Counted from the first letter of the stretch, positions 10,527 through 21,427 are shown. The stretch is 64,000 nucleotides of DNA from an uncultured candidate division Zixibacteria bacterium (GCA_963806185.1 CAWDXE010000007.1:160001-224000); one strand, 5' to 3'. Made by a program: numbers and translations. Notes: generated by a model not told the origin, from the sequence alone.

Positions 10527-12611
10527 ATGGAATATTCCGACTATCAATCGATCAACGGGGAGTATGGGCAGGCAGGCGATCAAACTTCGGTCCGGGACGA
10601 TTCGGCTGAGCGCCAGGCAACAGGCATAGCGTTGACCCCCGTTGTGGCATTGGTATCGGTGGAGGAGTTTCGGCGACTGAGGATCGCACCAGTGTCGTTT
10701 GACCCCGCAGGACGGCGGCTCAAACTGGTTTGTGCTGCGTCTGTGGATGAAAATCAACGACGCGATTTTGCGGGCCGGATGAACGGCATGGACTGCGAAT
10801 GGTATCATGCGGATGAAGAAGTGCTCGATGCCATGCTGCAGCGGCTGGCGGGCGAATATGCGCCGATTGACTCGATTTCGACTGATACCCTGGATGACAT
10901 ACTCATCGGAGCCGAGTCAACCTCCGCGCCGGCGACCGAGGAGCCGGTCGCAGCAGCGCAATCCACGCCGGCGATTGCCGAGACGGCGCCTGAGAAGTCT
11001 CGTGATGCGATTGTCCCCCCCGGACAGAAGTACGTCTTATTTATTTCGCCCACGGGAAAGATCAGCCAACACCTCCTGTTCGCGTTCAACGCCGAGCGGT
11101 GTAGGCCAATAACGGTCAACAATCCGGATCAAGCACTCGCCGAGCTGGAAAAGCAATCGATGGCGTGCGTCTTCATTCACGAGAAATTTCATGGGCGCAG
11201 CGACCAGCTTATTCAGAGGCTGCAGACTACGTCGCCGGCGACGCCGGTGCGACATTACAGTTCGGAAGCAGGCCTGCTGCTCAACGACACGCGCAACCAG
11301 GCTGTCTTTGATCTTGTTCGTCAGAATCTGACTCTCTTCAGCCGACTGCATAGCGCGCAGGGGAGTGCGCTTTCCGGTCATGCGGCTGCCGTCGCGAGAT
11401 ATGCCGATCGGATGGCGGTGCGCCTGGGCGTGCCCGATCACTGCCGCCTGATGATTTCAACGGCGGCATTCCTGCACAACATGGCAGAGGAGACGTTGAC
11501 AAGCACCGAGGGGTTGCAGCCAACCGACATTATCGGACTGGCGGCGTCGCGGCTGGAATCCTGGGATTTCCCGGCGCCAGTGGTGCGGATGCTCCGCCGG
11601 ATGTATCGCCGGATAGGCGAACCGGGGGTCGCAACCGAAGGTATCGAAGCGACGAGCGGATATATCCTGACGGCGGCCGACGCCTTTTGTCATCTCTGGC
11701 CGGAGTGTGCCAGTGCCGGGCGTCAAATGGATCTGGTGCAGAAGAAGCTGGAAGATCAACTCCAGTGGAAAGTAATGCCGTCAGTGATAGGCACGCTGGT
11801 GGACGTCATCTGTGACGATTGCACGGCGCGCATGCTCCGCCCGACCACATTCCACGTCCACCTCTTTGAATCTCGCGGATCGCTGCCAGCTGGTCTGGTG
11901 GAAGCGCTGGCGAGTTCGGAATTCAATGTGGCTGTGTCCTCGTCCATCGGTGAGTGCGCGCAGGGATGCCGACAGTCGAAGGCAGATCTGCTGATCATTC
12001 GTGATTCCGGCTCGGTACAGGACATCTACGACACGCTCATGAGCCTGGCGCTTCGGGGAATTGCCGTCGACCAGTTGCACGCGGTGTTGCTGCTGGAGGA
12101 ATCGATAGTGGCCGACGCTCATCGTCTCCTGCCGCACGGCGTGGAGGAGATTCTTCCGTGGAACGCACAATTACCGGCGATCACCACCAAGTTGGTGCGG
12201 ATCAAGAACAGACTTGACGAGCAATACCGGCATCGGGTCTCAGCGATTGAACGGCTGGGCACGCATGGTTCGCTGAGTGACATGAGCCTCACCGACATTC
12301 TGGAGCTCTGGCGGGGCAACCGGAGGCCGGCCCGAATCTCGGTTACCGCGTTCGGCAACCAGCTGACCGTGTATCTCGACCGGGGTAAGGTCGTTGCCGC
12401 CGAGAGTGGAGAATGTGAAGGACTGAACGCGCTGCTGCGGGGCGTGTCGTGGCGGCAAGGGATCTGGAACATAGATTCCATCGAAACGTCAGAACTGCCT
12501 GAGCCGAATATCGACCAAAGCATTGATGCCGTACTGATAGAGGCGTGTTCAAAATTAGACGAGGTGGTGAAAGAGGAGCCGATGTACGCGCTCCCCTCCA
12601 GCTCCCGATGA
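10527..12611 (+). CDS. multidomain signalling protein: T2SSE_N-like, pseudo-receiver, degenerate HD, pseudo-receiver, DUF4388
   Basis: N-terminal RRLRIAPVSFD...LKLVCA; GHAAAVARYA...AAFLHNM (HD-like); C-terminal HGSLSDMSLTDILELW...LTVYLDRGKVVAA (DUF4388/PatA_N). Confidence 0.75.
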   Translation: MEYSDYQSINGEYGQAGDQTSVRDDSAERQATGIALTPVVALVSVEEFRRLRIAPVSFDPAGRRLKLVCAASVDENQRRDFAGRMNGMDCEWYHADEEVLDAMLQRLAGEYAPIDSISTDTLDDILIGAESTSAPATEEPVAAAQSTPAIAETAPEKSRDAIVPPGQKYVLFISPTGKISQHLLFAFNAERCRPITVNNPDQALAELEKQSMACVFIHEKFHGRSDQLIQRLQTTSPATPVRHYSSEAGLLLNDTRNQAVFDLVRQNLTLFSRLHSAQGSALSGHAAAVARYADRMAVRLGVPDHCRLMISTAAFLHNMAEETLTSTEGLQPTDIIGLAASRLESWDFPAPVVRMLRRMYRRIGEPGVATEGIEATSGYILTAADAFCHLWPECASAGRQMDLVQKKLEDQLQWKVMPSVIGTLVDVICDDCTARMLRPTTFHVHLFESRGSLPAGLVEALASSEFNVAVSSSIGECAQGCRQSKADLLIIRDSGSVQDIYDTLMSLALRGIAVDQLHAVLLLEESIVADAHRLLPHGVEEILPWNAQLPAITTKLVRIKNRLDEQYRHRVSAIERLGTHGSLSDMSLTDILELWRGNRRPARISVTAFGNQLTVYLDRGKVVAAESGECEGLNALLRGVSWRQGIWNIDSIETSELPEPNIDQSIDAVLIEACSKLDEVVKEEPMYALPSSSR

Positions 12612-12652
12612 GCCTGGCCGGCCGCAGGCCATGGCCCCCCTGTTATCAAAGC

Positions 12653-12682
12653 AGCCGCCCGTAATTGGGGGGCTCTTTTTTC
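12653..12682 (+). terminator. intrinsic terminator
   Basis: AGCCGCCC/GGGGGGCT imperfect stem followed by CTTTTTT. Confidence 0.55.
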
Positions 12683-12812
12683 TACGCGGTATATGCCCGG
12701 CCGGCCAACGCCGTTTGCAATTTCACCTCAAATTCAATATTATTGATAGGTTCCTCATGACTCAACCAGGATTTTCCGAGCATGAACGAAACTTTCGAGA
12801 GGATTTGGAGCG

Positions 12813-13445
12813 GTGAGCGACATCAAGCAGCTTTTTGCCGGATACGAACGCTTTCGACGGCGGTATTTCGACGGTCACAGCAATCTCTATGATCGACTTA
12901 AACTCGCCCAACAGCCGAAGGTCATCGTCATTGCCTGTAGCGATTCGCGAGTCGATCCGGCGATCCTGCTGGATGCAGAGCCGGGGGAGCTGTTTGTGGT
13001 GCGGAACGTGGCAAACCTGGTGCCGCCGCACGCAGGCGATCACGGGACACACGGCGTCAGTGCGGCACTGGAATTCGCCGTCTGCACCCTTGAGGTCAGC
13101 GATATCATAGTTCTGGGTCACTCGCAGTGCGGCGGAATCAAAGCGTTGCTGAGCAACGCCACCGGGGAATATGTTTCTCGGTGGATGGATATTGCGCGAG
13201 AGGCGGCAACAATCGTATGCCATCGGCACGATGTTCAATCGGACGAGGCGGCGCGCGCCTGCGAGCAGCACTCGATCCTGCTTTCGCTGCAGAATCTCCT
13301 GACCTTCCCCTGGATTCACGAGCGGGTGAAATGCGGCACGCTGAAGACTCACGGCTGGTATTTCGATCTGGCGAGCGGGACGATCGCAGTATTTGACACT
13401 GAAGTCGGCGAATTCATAGTGGTTGACCACGCCATCCGTGAGTGA
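12813..13445 (+). CDS. beta-class carbonic anhydrase
   Basis: CSDSRV, GELFVVRNVAN and HSQCGG zinc-ligand motifs. Confidence 0.95.
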   Translation: MSDIKQLFAGYERFRRRYFDGHSNLYDRLKLAQQPKVIVIACSDSRVDPAILLDAEPGELFVVRNVANLVPPHAGDHGTHGVSAALEFAVCTLEVSDIIVLGHSQCGGIKALLSNATGEYVSRWMDIAREAATIVCHRHDVQSDEAARACEQHSILLSLQNLLTFPWIHERVKCGTLKTHGWYFDLASGTIAVFDTEVGEFIVVDHAIRE

Positions 13446-13495
13446 CGTGTCGGCCCACTGGTAGATTTGTGTTTGAGGAATAGTAAGGAAATGTT

Positions 13496-15439
13496 ATGAA
13501 GTGCCCCTTGGTACTTGCGGTCCTGTCAGTCGTGATGGCCACGCTCGTGGTCCGAGCCGAAATACCCCAACCCCGACACGTGCTCTCGCACGACAATGTC
13601 AAGGTAGTTACCGATCAGACGAAAGGGATAGCGCTGTATCCTGCCTGGGCCCTCTTTCCGCCGAAGACAGTGGACTACAGGAAGGTAGTGTTGTATATCA
13701 CCTACCGTTGCCCTGACGGTCAGCATTGCGGCGAGTGGGACTATATCGACAATGTCTACCTGCGCAAGAGCGGCGGCGGCAATGCCGACGAGCGGCACCT
13801 GGAGCTGGCCCGCATGATCTCACCGTACGGGTGGAAATTCGATTCAACCTGGTCGTTCACCTGGCACGTGGACGTGTCTGATTTTTCCTTTCTCCTGCAT
13901 GATTCGGTGCAGATCGAATTCGCTCACGGCGGGTATGAGAGCAACACCGATCGCGGATGGTTGGTGACGCTCGACTTTGTGATCACCGAGGGCACGCCGC
14001 CGATGCGGTGTGTCGGTGTGGACACCCTGTGGCAAGGATCGTTCAAATACGGCGACAGTGCGCTGCCGTTTGACAGCGCTGTGCGCGCCATAGCCGTTGG
14101 GGCAAAGTTTGGGCCTTCAATCGCTCGATTACGAATCCTTCAAACCGGTCACGGGATGGATGATTCGGAGAATTGCGCCGAGTTTTGCAATAAATATCGC
14201 CGCATTTTGTGGAACGATTCCCTGGTAGACCAGAGGCAGATCTGGCGGACGTGCGGTGACAATCCGTTGTATCCGCAGGCGGGGACCTGGCTCTTCAATC
14301 GCGCCAATTGGTGTCCCGGTGGAATTGTTCATCCTGACTGTTACGACCTGCCAATTGAACGCGGCCTTCCGTACAAGATCGATCTCGATATGGAACCGTA
14401 CCTCAATCGCAAGAATCCGACCGCGAATTATGCAATTTCGGCCTACCTGTTTTATTTCGAAGCGCCGCGAGCGATGCTGGACGTCGCCCTCGAAGGAATA
14501 GTGGCGCCGAGCGAGGCGGATGAGAACGCGCGTGAGAATCCGATTTGCGGCCATCCCCGGGTGCGGGTGAAGAATTATGGAAGTCGGGTGGTAACGTCAA
14601 TGAACTTCACCTACGGCGTCGAGGGGTTGTCGATGCAGTCGGAATGGTGGGCAGGGAAACTGGCCCCGCAGCAGACGGTCGAAGTATCCCTGATGGGCAA
14701 TGCGCCGGCCAACAAGATCACTTCGAAATTCAAAGTGCGAGTCGATTCGCCGAACGGGGGAGCGGACGAGTATCCGCTGGACAACGAAGCATCTACCGAG
14801 GTCACGCCGCCGCCATCCTATGACACGCAGCTCGTCGTCGTGTTTCGAACGAATCACGATTCGACAAGCACGTCGTATCAGGTAGTAGATGATGCCGGAA
14901 GGATTGTGGCGGAGCGTAACACCGGCAGTCTGGCGGCCAATACCGTGTACCGGGATACCCTGAGACTAACTCCGGGATGTTACGCCATGCAGGTGACAGA
15001 TACGGCCGGTGACGGATTGGATTTCTGGTTTAACCCGGAGGGCGGGTATGGGTATGTTCGCCTGCTTGATGCGGCCGGCCGGCTGGTGAAGGCGTTTCCG
15101 TCGGATTTTGGATCGGGCGTTTATCATGCGTTCACCGTTCTGCCCGGTGTCAAATCGTTGTTGCCCGAAGATCAGCTTCCTTTGGTGACGGTGTTTCCGG
15201 CGCGGACAACAGGGTCATTTGAGGTTGAGTTGTTCCGCAACGAGCCGGGGGGTATAACGCTACAGGTCGTGTCGGACAGCACCAGGAAAGTAGTCTACGA
15301 GAAGGCATTTGCAGACGTCAAAGAGGCACTGATCCCGATCGATATTGCCAAGCAACAGGATGGTATCTACTGGTTGAAGGCGAAGGACGGCGAGAAGACG
15401 ATAGAGCGTCGGGTACGTCTCAAACGTGAGGTGAAGTAG
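13496..15439 (+). CDS. secreted peptide-N-glycosidase F-related protein
   Basis: Signal peptide; CGEWDY, ELARMISPY, TGHG, CAEFC, RANWCPG motifs of the PNGase F family; C-terminal Ig-like domains. Confidence 0.85.
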   Translation: MKCPLVLAVLSVVMATLVVRAEIPQPRHVLSHDNVKVVTDQTKGIALYPAWALFPPKTVDYRKVVLYITYRCPDGQHCGEWDYIDNVYLRKSGGGNADERHLELARMISPYGWKFDSTWSFTWHVDVSDFSFLLHDSVQIEFAHGGYESNTDRGWLVTLDFVITEGTPPMRCVGVDTLWQGSFKYGDSALPFDSAVRAIAVGAKFGPSIARLRILQTGHGMDDSENCAEFCNKYRRILWNDSLVDQRQIWRTCGDNPLYPQAGTWLFNRANWCPGGIVHPDCYDLPIERGLPYKIDLDMEPYLNRKNPTANYAISAYLFYFEAPRAMLDVALEGIVAPSEADENARENPICGHPRVRVKNYGSRVVTSMNFTYGVEGLSMQSEWWAGKLAPQQTVEVSLMGNAPANKITSKFKVRVDSPNGGADEYPLDNEASTEVTPPPSYDTQLVVVFRTNHDSTSTSYQVVDDAGRIVAERNTGSLAANTVYRDTLRLTPGCYAMQVTDTAGDGLDFWFNPEGGYGYVRLLDAAGRLVKAFPSDFGSGVYHAFTVLPGVKSLLPEDQLPLVTVFPARTTGSFEVELFRNEPGGITLQVVSDSTRKVVYEKAFADVKEALIPIDIAKQQDGIYWLKAKDGEKTIERRVRLKREVK

Positions 15440-15458
15440 GCTCTTCAGTTGGCCGGAG

Positions 15459-17318
15459 TTAAGACTGCGGCGTATAGATGTAGCGATAGGCGTCGTCGCG
15501 GAGTCGCTTTGCTATGGCTGGATGCGCTGCTACGCGCCGATGCTGCGCGTAGAGTCCCATCAAGCGCAAGGTCCAGGCGCGGCCAGTGAGCCGTTCCGAA
15601 GCGAGCGATGACGGTCCCGGAATCGCGAGGGCAAGAGCCGCCAGTCGTGTCTGTCGCGAAGCCTGCCGAAAAACGCCCGGTGAACGCAAAATATCGTATC
15701 CGGCCGACCGATAAAGGGAAGCCCTGGCTGTCGTCTGGTGGTCCGGTGCAACCGGTAGACAAAATGATTGCCATTTCGGCTCGGGGCGCAAGAAGATGTC
15801 GGTGAGATGCGACGATGGTAATCGTGCCAACAAATCGGCATTCACATTTTCCAAATATGCGCGGCGAATCGTGTGCGCCCGCTTCCAGAGCGGCGGCACG
15901 GACAGCAGGAATTCCACCAGATCATAATCGAGGAACGGGTACACTGAGTCCAGCTTGAGCGAGAGAAGTCGCTGGCTGAACAAGGCCGTCTTTCGCCGCG
16001 TCCAATTCATGAAGTAGAACATGGTAAAGCGATGATCGCTGACCGGGAGTTTACGGATCTCGTCGGCGATACGAACCGCCAAGGGCGGTTCAGGAGCCGG
16101 GTGAGAGAAGTGCGATGACCACAGATCGGGGAAGCGCTCGATGACGGAGTTGGCGAGCCAGGCGGGATCGTCGATATGTTCGGCCTGGCCGTCGAAAGTG
16201 AAATTGCCGTCCTCCAGAACATCGCCGCCGCTGCCGTCAAAATTGATTCCTCCTCCCATCGCGATGCGGGGCAGAAGTGGCATTATCCAGGCGTGGGCGT
16301 CGGTTTCGTAGTCGAGAAGCTGATAGGTTTGGCGGACCATTCTAGCCTGCTCCGTCGGGGCAGGTAAGTCGGAGTGGACATGCGGGACGCCGAATTCACG
16401 GCAAAGGGCGCCGGCGACTGAGGTGTCGATCTCAAACCCGCCCTCCGGCTGGATGATCGAAGCGGTGTAGGCCGTTGATGTACGATTTTGGGCCAACATT
16501 TCCAGGAGTATGCGGCGTGAATCGAAGCCGGAACTGAGCATGCAGATCGGCTGATTCACCTGGCTGAGTAATTTGCCCATCGAGAGGCCAAAGAGTCGTC
16601 GCATTTCAGCAACAAACTCATTTATGTCGGTTGGGCCACCTCCACGCACTCGTCCGAAGTCCCAGTAACTGCTATTGGCCAACCGGCCATCGCGGAAAGT
16701 CAGCACGGTGGCAGGAGGGAGTCGAAAGATCGACGGATAAAGCGTGTGATCACCTATCGGAGCGCCCAACGTGAACAGCTCGTGAGTCGCGGCGAGATTG
16801 CCGCTGAGGTCGTTTTCACCGGCGAGCAAGGCCCCGATCTCCGATGCGAAGGTGAGCGTAGACGCTTGTTGCCGGTAATACAACGGTTTTAGTCCCCAGC
16901 GGTCGGTGCCCAGGGAGAGCGTCTGACTGTCGTCTTGCCAAAGAGCAAACACAAAACATCCATTGAGATTGGCGAGAATTTCCGGGCCGTGACGGGTGAA
17001 GAGGTAACCGACTATCTCAGCGGCTGTGGTCGCCGGTACGCGACCGTGGCTCTCGGTGCGTACGCGGTTGGCAAGGACAGCCTTGTCACTTAAGTATCCG
17101 GAAAAGACGATCGAAAGGTGATCGTCGGCGAACTGAGCGAGATCGGTTCCGAGATTATTTTGCGGGAAGAAGACGCAGCCGAGGGAAGCGCCGGCGAGAT
17201 GTGCCGAGGTCGAGCGGAAGCCGGTCGAATGGAGTTGAGCGGCGACTTGCATGGCAAGCGCTGATGCGCGTTCCTCTCGACCCTTGGTCGGTGCGACAAT
17301 CCCACAGATGCGCGACAT
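15459..17318 (-). CDS. asparagine synthetase B-like (Ntn amidotransferase plus synthetase) protein
   Basis: ICGIV N-terminus, LNGCFVFALW, DRWGLKPLYY, FASEI, LSSGFDSR, DGSGGD, PFLDYDLVEF. Confidence 0.85.
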   Translation of the reverse strand: MSRICGIVAPTKGREERASALAMQVAAQLHSTGFRSTSAHLAGASLGCVFFPQNNLGTDLAQFADDHLSIVFSGYLSDKAVLANRVRTESHGRVPATTAAEIVGYLFTRHGPEILANLNGCFVFALWQDDSQTLSLGTDRWGLKPLYYRQQASTLTFASEIGALLAGENDLSGNLAATHELFTLGAPIGDHTLYPSIFRLPPATVLTFRDGRLANSSYWDFGRVRGGGPTDINEFVAEMRRLFGLSMGKLLSQVNQPICMLSSGFDSRRILLEMLAQNRTSTAYTASIIQPEGGFEIDTSVAGALCREFGVPHVHSDLPAPTEQARMVRQTYQLLDYETDAHAWIMPLLPRIAMGGGINFDGSGGDVLEDGNFTFDGQAEHIDDPAWLANSVIERFPDLWSSHFSHPAPEPPLAVRIADEIRKLPVSDHRFTMFYFMNWTRRKTALFSQRLLSLKLDSVYPFLDYDLVEFLLSVPPLWKRAHTIRRAYLENVNADLLARLPSSHLTDIFLRPEPKWQSFCLPVAPDHQTTARASLYRSAGYDILRSPGVFRQASRQTRLAALALAIPGPSSLASERLTGRAWTLRLMGLYAQHRRVAAHPAIAKRLRDDAYRYIYTPQS

Positions 17319-17438
17319 GCTGAAGCGTCCTTCTCGAAAAATGATCAATCGAGGATCACTCTCGTAAGATGGCGCAAATACGGAGAAGGGTCAACTGCTA
17401 TGCGAATGTCGAGGCGCTCGCTGGTTGAGGGGAACAGA

Positions 17439-18059
17439 CTATCGGCGTCGGAGAGAGAATAGATAGCCGACAGATAGACGGAAGCCGCCCGTACGAAGCT
17501 GGGACTGGTTGCGGCTGGAATAGGAGGCCGGGCCGTGACTGCGGATGTACTGCAGCTGGGGCCGTGACTCGGTGATAGCCATTTCGATTGAGTAGGATCG
17601 CTGGAGGCGCAAGCCAAAAGTTAATCGATATCCAAACGCGTCAGTGACCTTGAGATCGGTGACGCCCCAATTTCGGCTCAGCGAATCAGCGGAGGTCTCG
17701 GTCGGATTGAATGAGTTAAACGAATAGACAACCCCTGCGCCAAGGTAGGCCAGCAGGATATCGGTGCCACGGTAGCAGAGTACATCCAGTGCCAGAGACG
17801 CCGACTTGAAATCACCACGAGGGTAGAGGGGCGAGTTGAAAGCGCTGAGGTGGTAACTCCCCTCGGCTCTCACGATGAGCGGATGGGTTACCAGAAGTTC
17901 ATATTTGGCGGCTATTTCCGGACCGGCGGAGAGGACAGCGGTCGGACCGCTTAGTCCAGCGGTGACGTGGATGCTGGCAGGAGCGACCGTATCCTGAGCG
18001 ATCGGATTAAGTGGCGCCAGGGGCAAGGTCAGCCATGAACACACCAGGAGCAGCAACAT
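17439..18059 (-). CDS. outer-membrane beta-barrel-like hypothetical protein
   Basis: Signal peptide; amphipathic beta strands (AYLGAGVVY, FRLSVGYLF). Confidence 0.65.
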   Translation of the reverse strand: MLLLLVCSWLTLPLAPLNPIAQDTVAPASIHVTAGLSGPTAVLSAGPEIAAKYELLVTHPLIVRAEGSYHLSAFNSPLYPRGDFKSASLALDVLCYRGTDILLAYLGAGVVYSFNSFNPTETSADSLSRNWGVTDLKVTDAFGYRLTFGLRLQRSYSIEMAITESRPQLQYIRSHGPASYSSRNQSQLRTGGFRLSVGYLFSLRRR

Positions 18060-18262
18060 ACTTTTCTTCTTCGTCCTGTCTTTTCGGACCCGTGTGGAGC
18101 GGTGGACAGTCAGCTGTTACATCAAGATACAAAACAAATTCAGTATCACCAACATTCGGCACTAAACGTTCTGTCCCACCCAAAGAAGACGTGGCAATCT
18201 CTGGTCTGTGTAAGTTATTGTGCCGCAAGATGAAAATAGGACTAATCCGGAGCCGAAACCGT

Positions 18263-18292
18263 TTGACATTATAGGTGGGAGACGTATATTAT
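18263..18292 (+). promoter_or_regulatory. sigma70-type promoter of the energy-metabolism cluster
   Basis: TTGACA followed by TATATT (16-nt spacer) or TATTAT (18-nt spacer). Confidence 0.6.
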
Positions 18293-18309
18293 CCGCTTGT
18301 GTTGCGCCG

Positions 18310-18327
18310 GTGTGAATAAATTCACAA
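18310..18327. promoter_or_regulatory. Rex-type operator
   Basis: GTGTGAA-TAAA-TTCACAA against consensus TTGTGAANNNNTTCACAA (one mismatch), just downstream of the promoter. Confidence 0.7.
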
Positions 18328-18379
18328 CGTAATTTTCCATCTGCGCGGCGAGAAGCTTTTAGATCACATGGAGTTAGCT

Positions 18380-19871
18380 ATGGCAGCACCAACCTTCAAG
18401 AATTACATAAATGGGCAATGGGTCGATTCGAAATCAGGTCAAACGTTTGAGAATCGCAACCCTGCGAACACGAGTGAAGTTCTGGGTCATTTCCAGAAGT
18501 CAACGGCAGACGATGTGAAGCTGGCAATCGATGCGGCTTCTGAAGCCTACAAGAGCTGGCGTCTGGTCCCGGCCCCCAAGCGGGGCGAGATGTTGTACAA
18601 GGTGGCCTCGACCATTCTTGCTCACAAGGAGGAGTTCTCGCGCGACATGACGCGTGAAATGGGGAAGGTGCTGGCCGAGACGCGGGGCGATGTTCAGGAA
18701 GCAATCGACATGACGTTCTATATGGCGGGAGAAGGGCGAAGGTTGTTTGGCCAAACGACCCCGTCGGAGCTGCCGAACAAGTTCAACATGACGATTCGTC
18801 AGTCGGTAGGGGTGTGTTCGTTTATTACGCCGTGGAATTTTCCGATGGCGATTCCGTCGTGGAAAATGATGCCGGCGCTTATTTGTGGAAATACGATAGT
18901 CATCAAGCCGGCGACTGACACTCCGTTGTCGGTGGTTAATTTGATGAAGGCCTGTGAAGAGGCAGGAATCCCGAAAGGGGTGATCAACATGGTCACCGGC
19001 TCGGGCGGGGCGCTGGGCGACAAGCTGATAAACGACGACCGGGTGAGGATCGTATCGTTTACCGGTTCAACTGAAATCGGCCGCAAGGTATCCGAGGCGT
19101 GCGCTCCCAAGTTCAAGCATTGCTGCCTGGAAATGGGTGGCAAGAACCCGATGATGGTGATGGAAGACGCCAACATCGACCTCGCGGTTGACGGGGCGCT
19201 GTGGGGTGCGTTTGGCACTACCGGGCAGCGCTGCACGGCGACGAGCCGGGTCATCCTTCACAAAGATATCGCCAAGAAGTTTCTCGACAAGCTGGTCGAA
19301 CGGGCGTCGAAGCTCAAAGTCGGCGATGGCCTGATAGAGGCGAGTCAGATGGGGCCGTGCATCAACGAAGGACAAATGAACACGGTGCTGTCGTATGTCG
19401 AAATCGGCAAGAAAGACGGGGCCAAGCTCCTGTGCGGCGGCAAACGTCTGGACACGGGCGAACACGCCAAGGGATGGTTCGTTCAGCCGACGATATTCGG
19501 CGAGGTTACGCCCGAACATGCGCATCTGGAAAGAAGAGATTTTTGGCCCGGTGCTGAGCGTGGCGACCTGCAGTTCGCTGGACGAAGCCATTGCCCTGGC
19601 CAACGACACGCCGTACGGCCTGTCGGCATCGATCTATACCAACGATGTCAACCGGGCGTATCGGGCAATGCGGGACGTGTACACCGGAATATTCTATATT
19701 AACGCGCCGACCATCGGAGCCGAGACGCACCTGCCGTTTGGCGGCACGAAAGAGACCGGCAACGGGCATCGCGAAGCGGCGACGGCCGCGCTGGATGTGT
19801 TCAGCGAATGGAAGTCGGTCTATGTCGATTTCTCCGGGACGATGCAGCGGGCACAGATTGACAACCAGTAG
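18380..19871 (+). CDS. NAD(P)-dependent aldehyde dehydrogenase (+1 frameshift near 19511-19513)
   Basis: [28 protein letters not shown] (catalytic Cys); EEIFGPV and PFGG in the shifted frame. Confidence 0.93.
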
Positions 19872-20070
19872 TTGAATTGTTGATCAGGCACCTGAAACGG
19901 GAAGAGTTGAGCGGTCAGCGTATGCGACATGATGATGCAAGTCACGCCGTTTATCTGGTGGCGTTCATCTGGCTGTCTTCGTCGATATAGTCACGCCCTG
20001 TCCGGCTGACGGACAGACTGGTAGGAAATGGTCCAGTGAAAACAAGTGACTCTTATCGCAGGAGAACAGT

Positions 20071-21427
20071 ATGAGCACGAAGAAAAGAAAAGTCATTATC
20101 ATGGGCGCGGCCGGCCGCGATTTCCATAATTTCAATACGCTGTATCGGGATAATGCTTCCGTCGACGTGGTGGCCTTTACGGCTACCCAGATTCCGGACA
20201 TTGAAGGCCGTCGCTATCCGGCGGCACTGGCCGGAAAGCTTTATCCCAAGGGCATTCCGATTCACGACGAGAAGGAACTGCTTGACCTCATCAAGAAGCA
20301 TGACGTCGACGAAGTAATCTTCTCGTATTCCGACGTATCGTTTCCAGTATGTGATGACCAAAGCCTCCATGGTCATGGCGGCCGGGGCCCGGTTTTCGCT
20401 CGAGGGTGGCGCCCCGACCATGGTCAAATCAACCAAGCCGGTGGTGGCAGTTTGTGCTGTCCGCACCGGTTCCGGCAAGTCGCAGACGACCCGGCGCGTG
20501 GCCCAGGTGCTTCAGGACATGGGGAAGAAGGTGGTGGCGATTCGTCACCCCATGCCGTATGGCGATCTGGTGAAACAGACGGTGCAGCGATTTGCCACGC
20601 TGAAGGATCTGGACAAGCACGATTGTACGATTGAAGAGCGCGAAGAGTACGAGCCGCACATCGCGAGCGGTGTGATCGTGTATGCCGGTGTGGATTATGA
20701 GAAGATCCTCCGCCAGGCGGAGAAGGAAGCCGACATAATCTTGTGGGACGGCGGTAACAACGACATGCCGTTCTACAAACCGGATCTGCACATCACGGTG
20801 GTCGATCCGCACCGTCCGGGGCACGAGATCAGCTACTATCCGGGGATGAGCAATCTGCTCATGGCCGATGTCATCGTGATCAACAAGATTGATTCGGCTG
20901 ATCCGGAAGGGGTTGGCGAGGTTCGTGCCAATGTCGCCAGGTTCAATCCGAAGGCGATCGTGATCGATGCGGCCTCACCGATCTCGGTCGAGAAGCCGGA
21001 ATTGATCAAAGGCAAGCGGGTGCTGGTGGTCGAAGACGGCCCGACACTGACGCACGGCGAGATGACTTACGGCGCCGGTGTCGTGGCGGCCGAGAAATTC
21101 GGCGCGGCCGAGTTGGTGGACCCCAGACCGTATACGGTCAAGTCGATCAGCGATACGTTCAAAAAGTATCCGGACATCGGCATCCTGCTTCCGGCCATGG
21201 GGTACGGCGCCCAGCAGATGAAGGATCTTGAGAAGACGATCAATCGTACGAAGTGCGACGTGGTCATCATTGCCACGCCGATTGACCTGACTCGGATCAT
21301 CAATATCAAGAAGCCGAGTGTGCGGGTCTTTTACGATCTGCAGGAAATCGGCATGCCGAATTTACCGCAAGTGCTCGGCGAAGCCTTTGGCGGCGGCTCC
21401 AAGCCCAGGAAAGGGGCGAAGAAGTAG
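20071..21427 (+). CDS. arcE: P-loop NTPase of the cDPG-synthetase-like/ArcE family, probable arginine synthetase (+1 frameshift near 20341-20345)
   Basis: GAAGRDFHNFN, AVRTGSGKSQ (P-loop), RHPMPYG, TIEEREEYEPH, WDGGNND, EDGPTLTHG; adjacent to carbamate kinase. Confidence 0.75.

Noticed and set aside
15459..17617. Lasso peptide cluster around the AsnB-like gene
   Set aside because: No precursor, PqqD/RRE or transglutaminase-like B protein nearby; the full Ntn domain is retained
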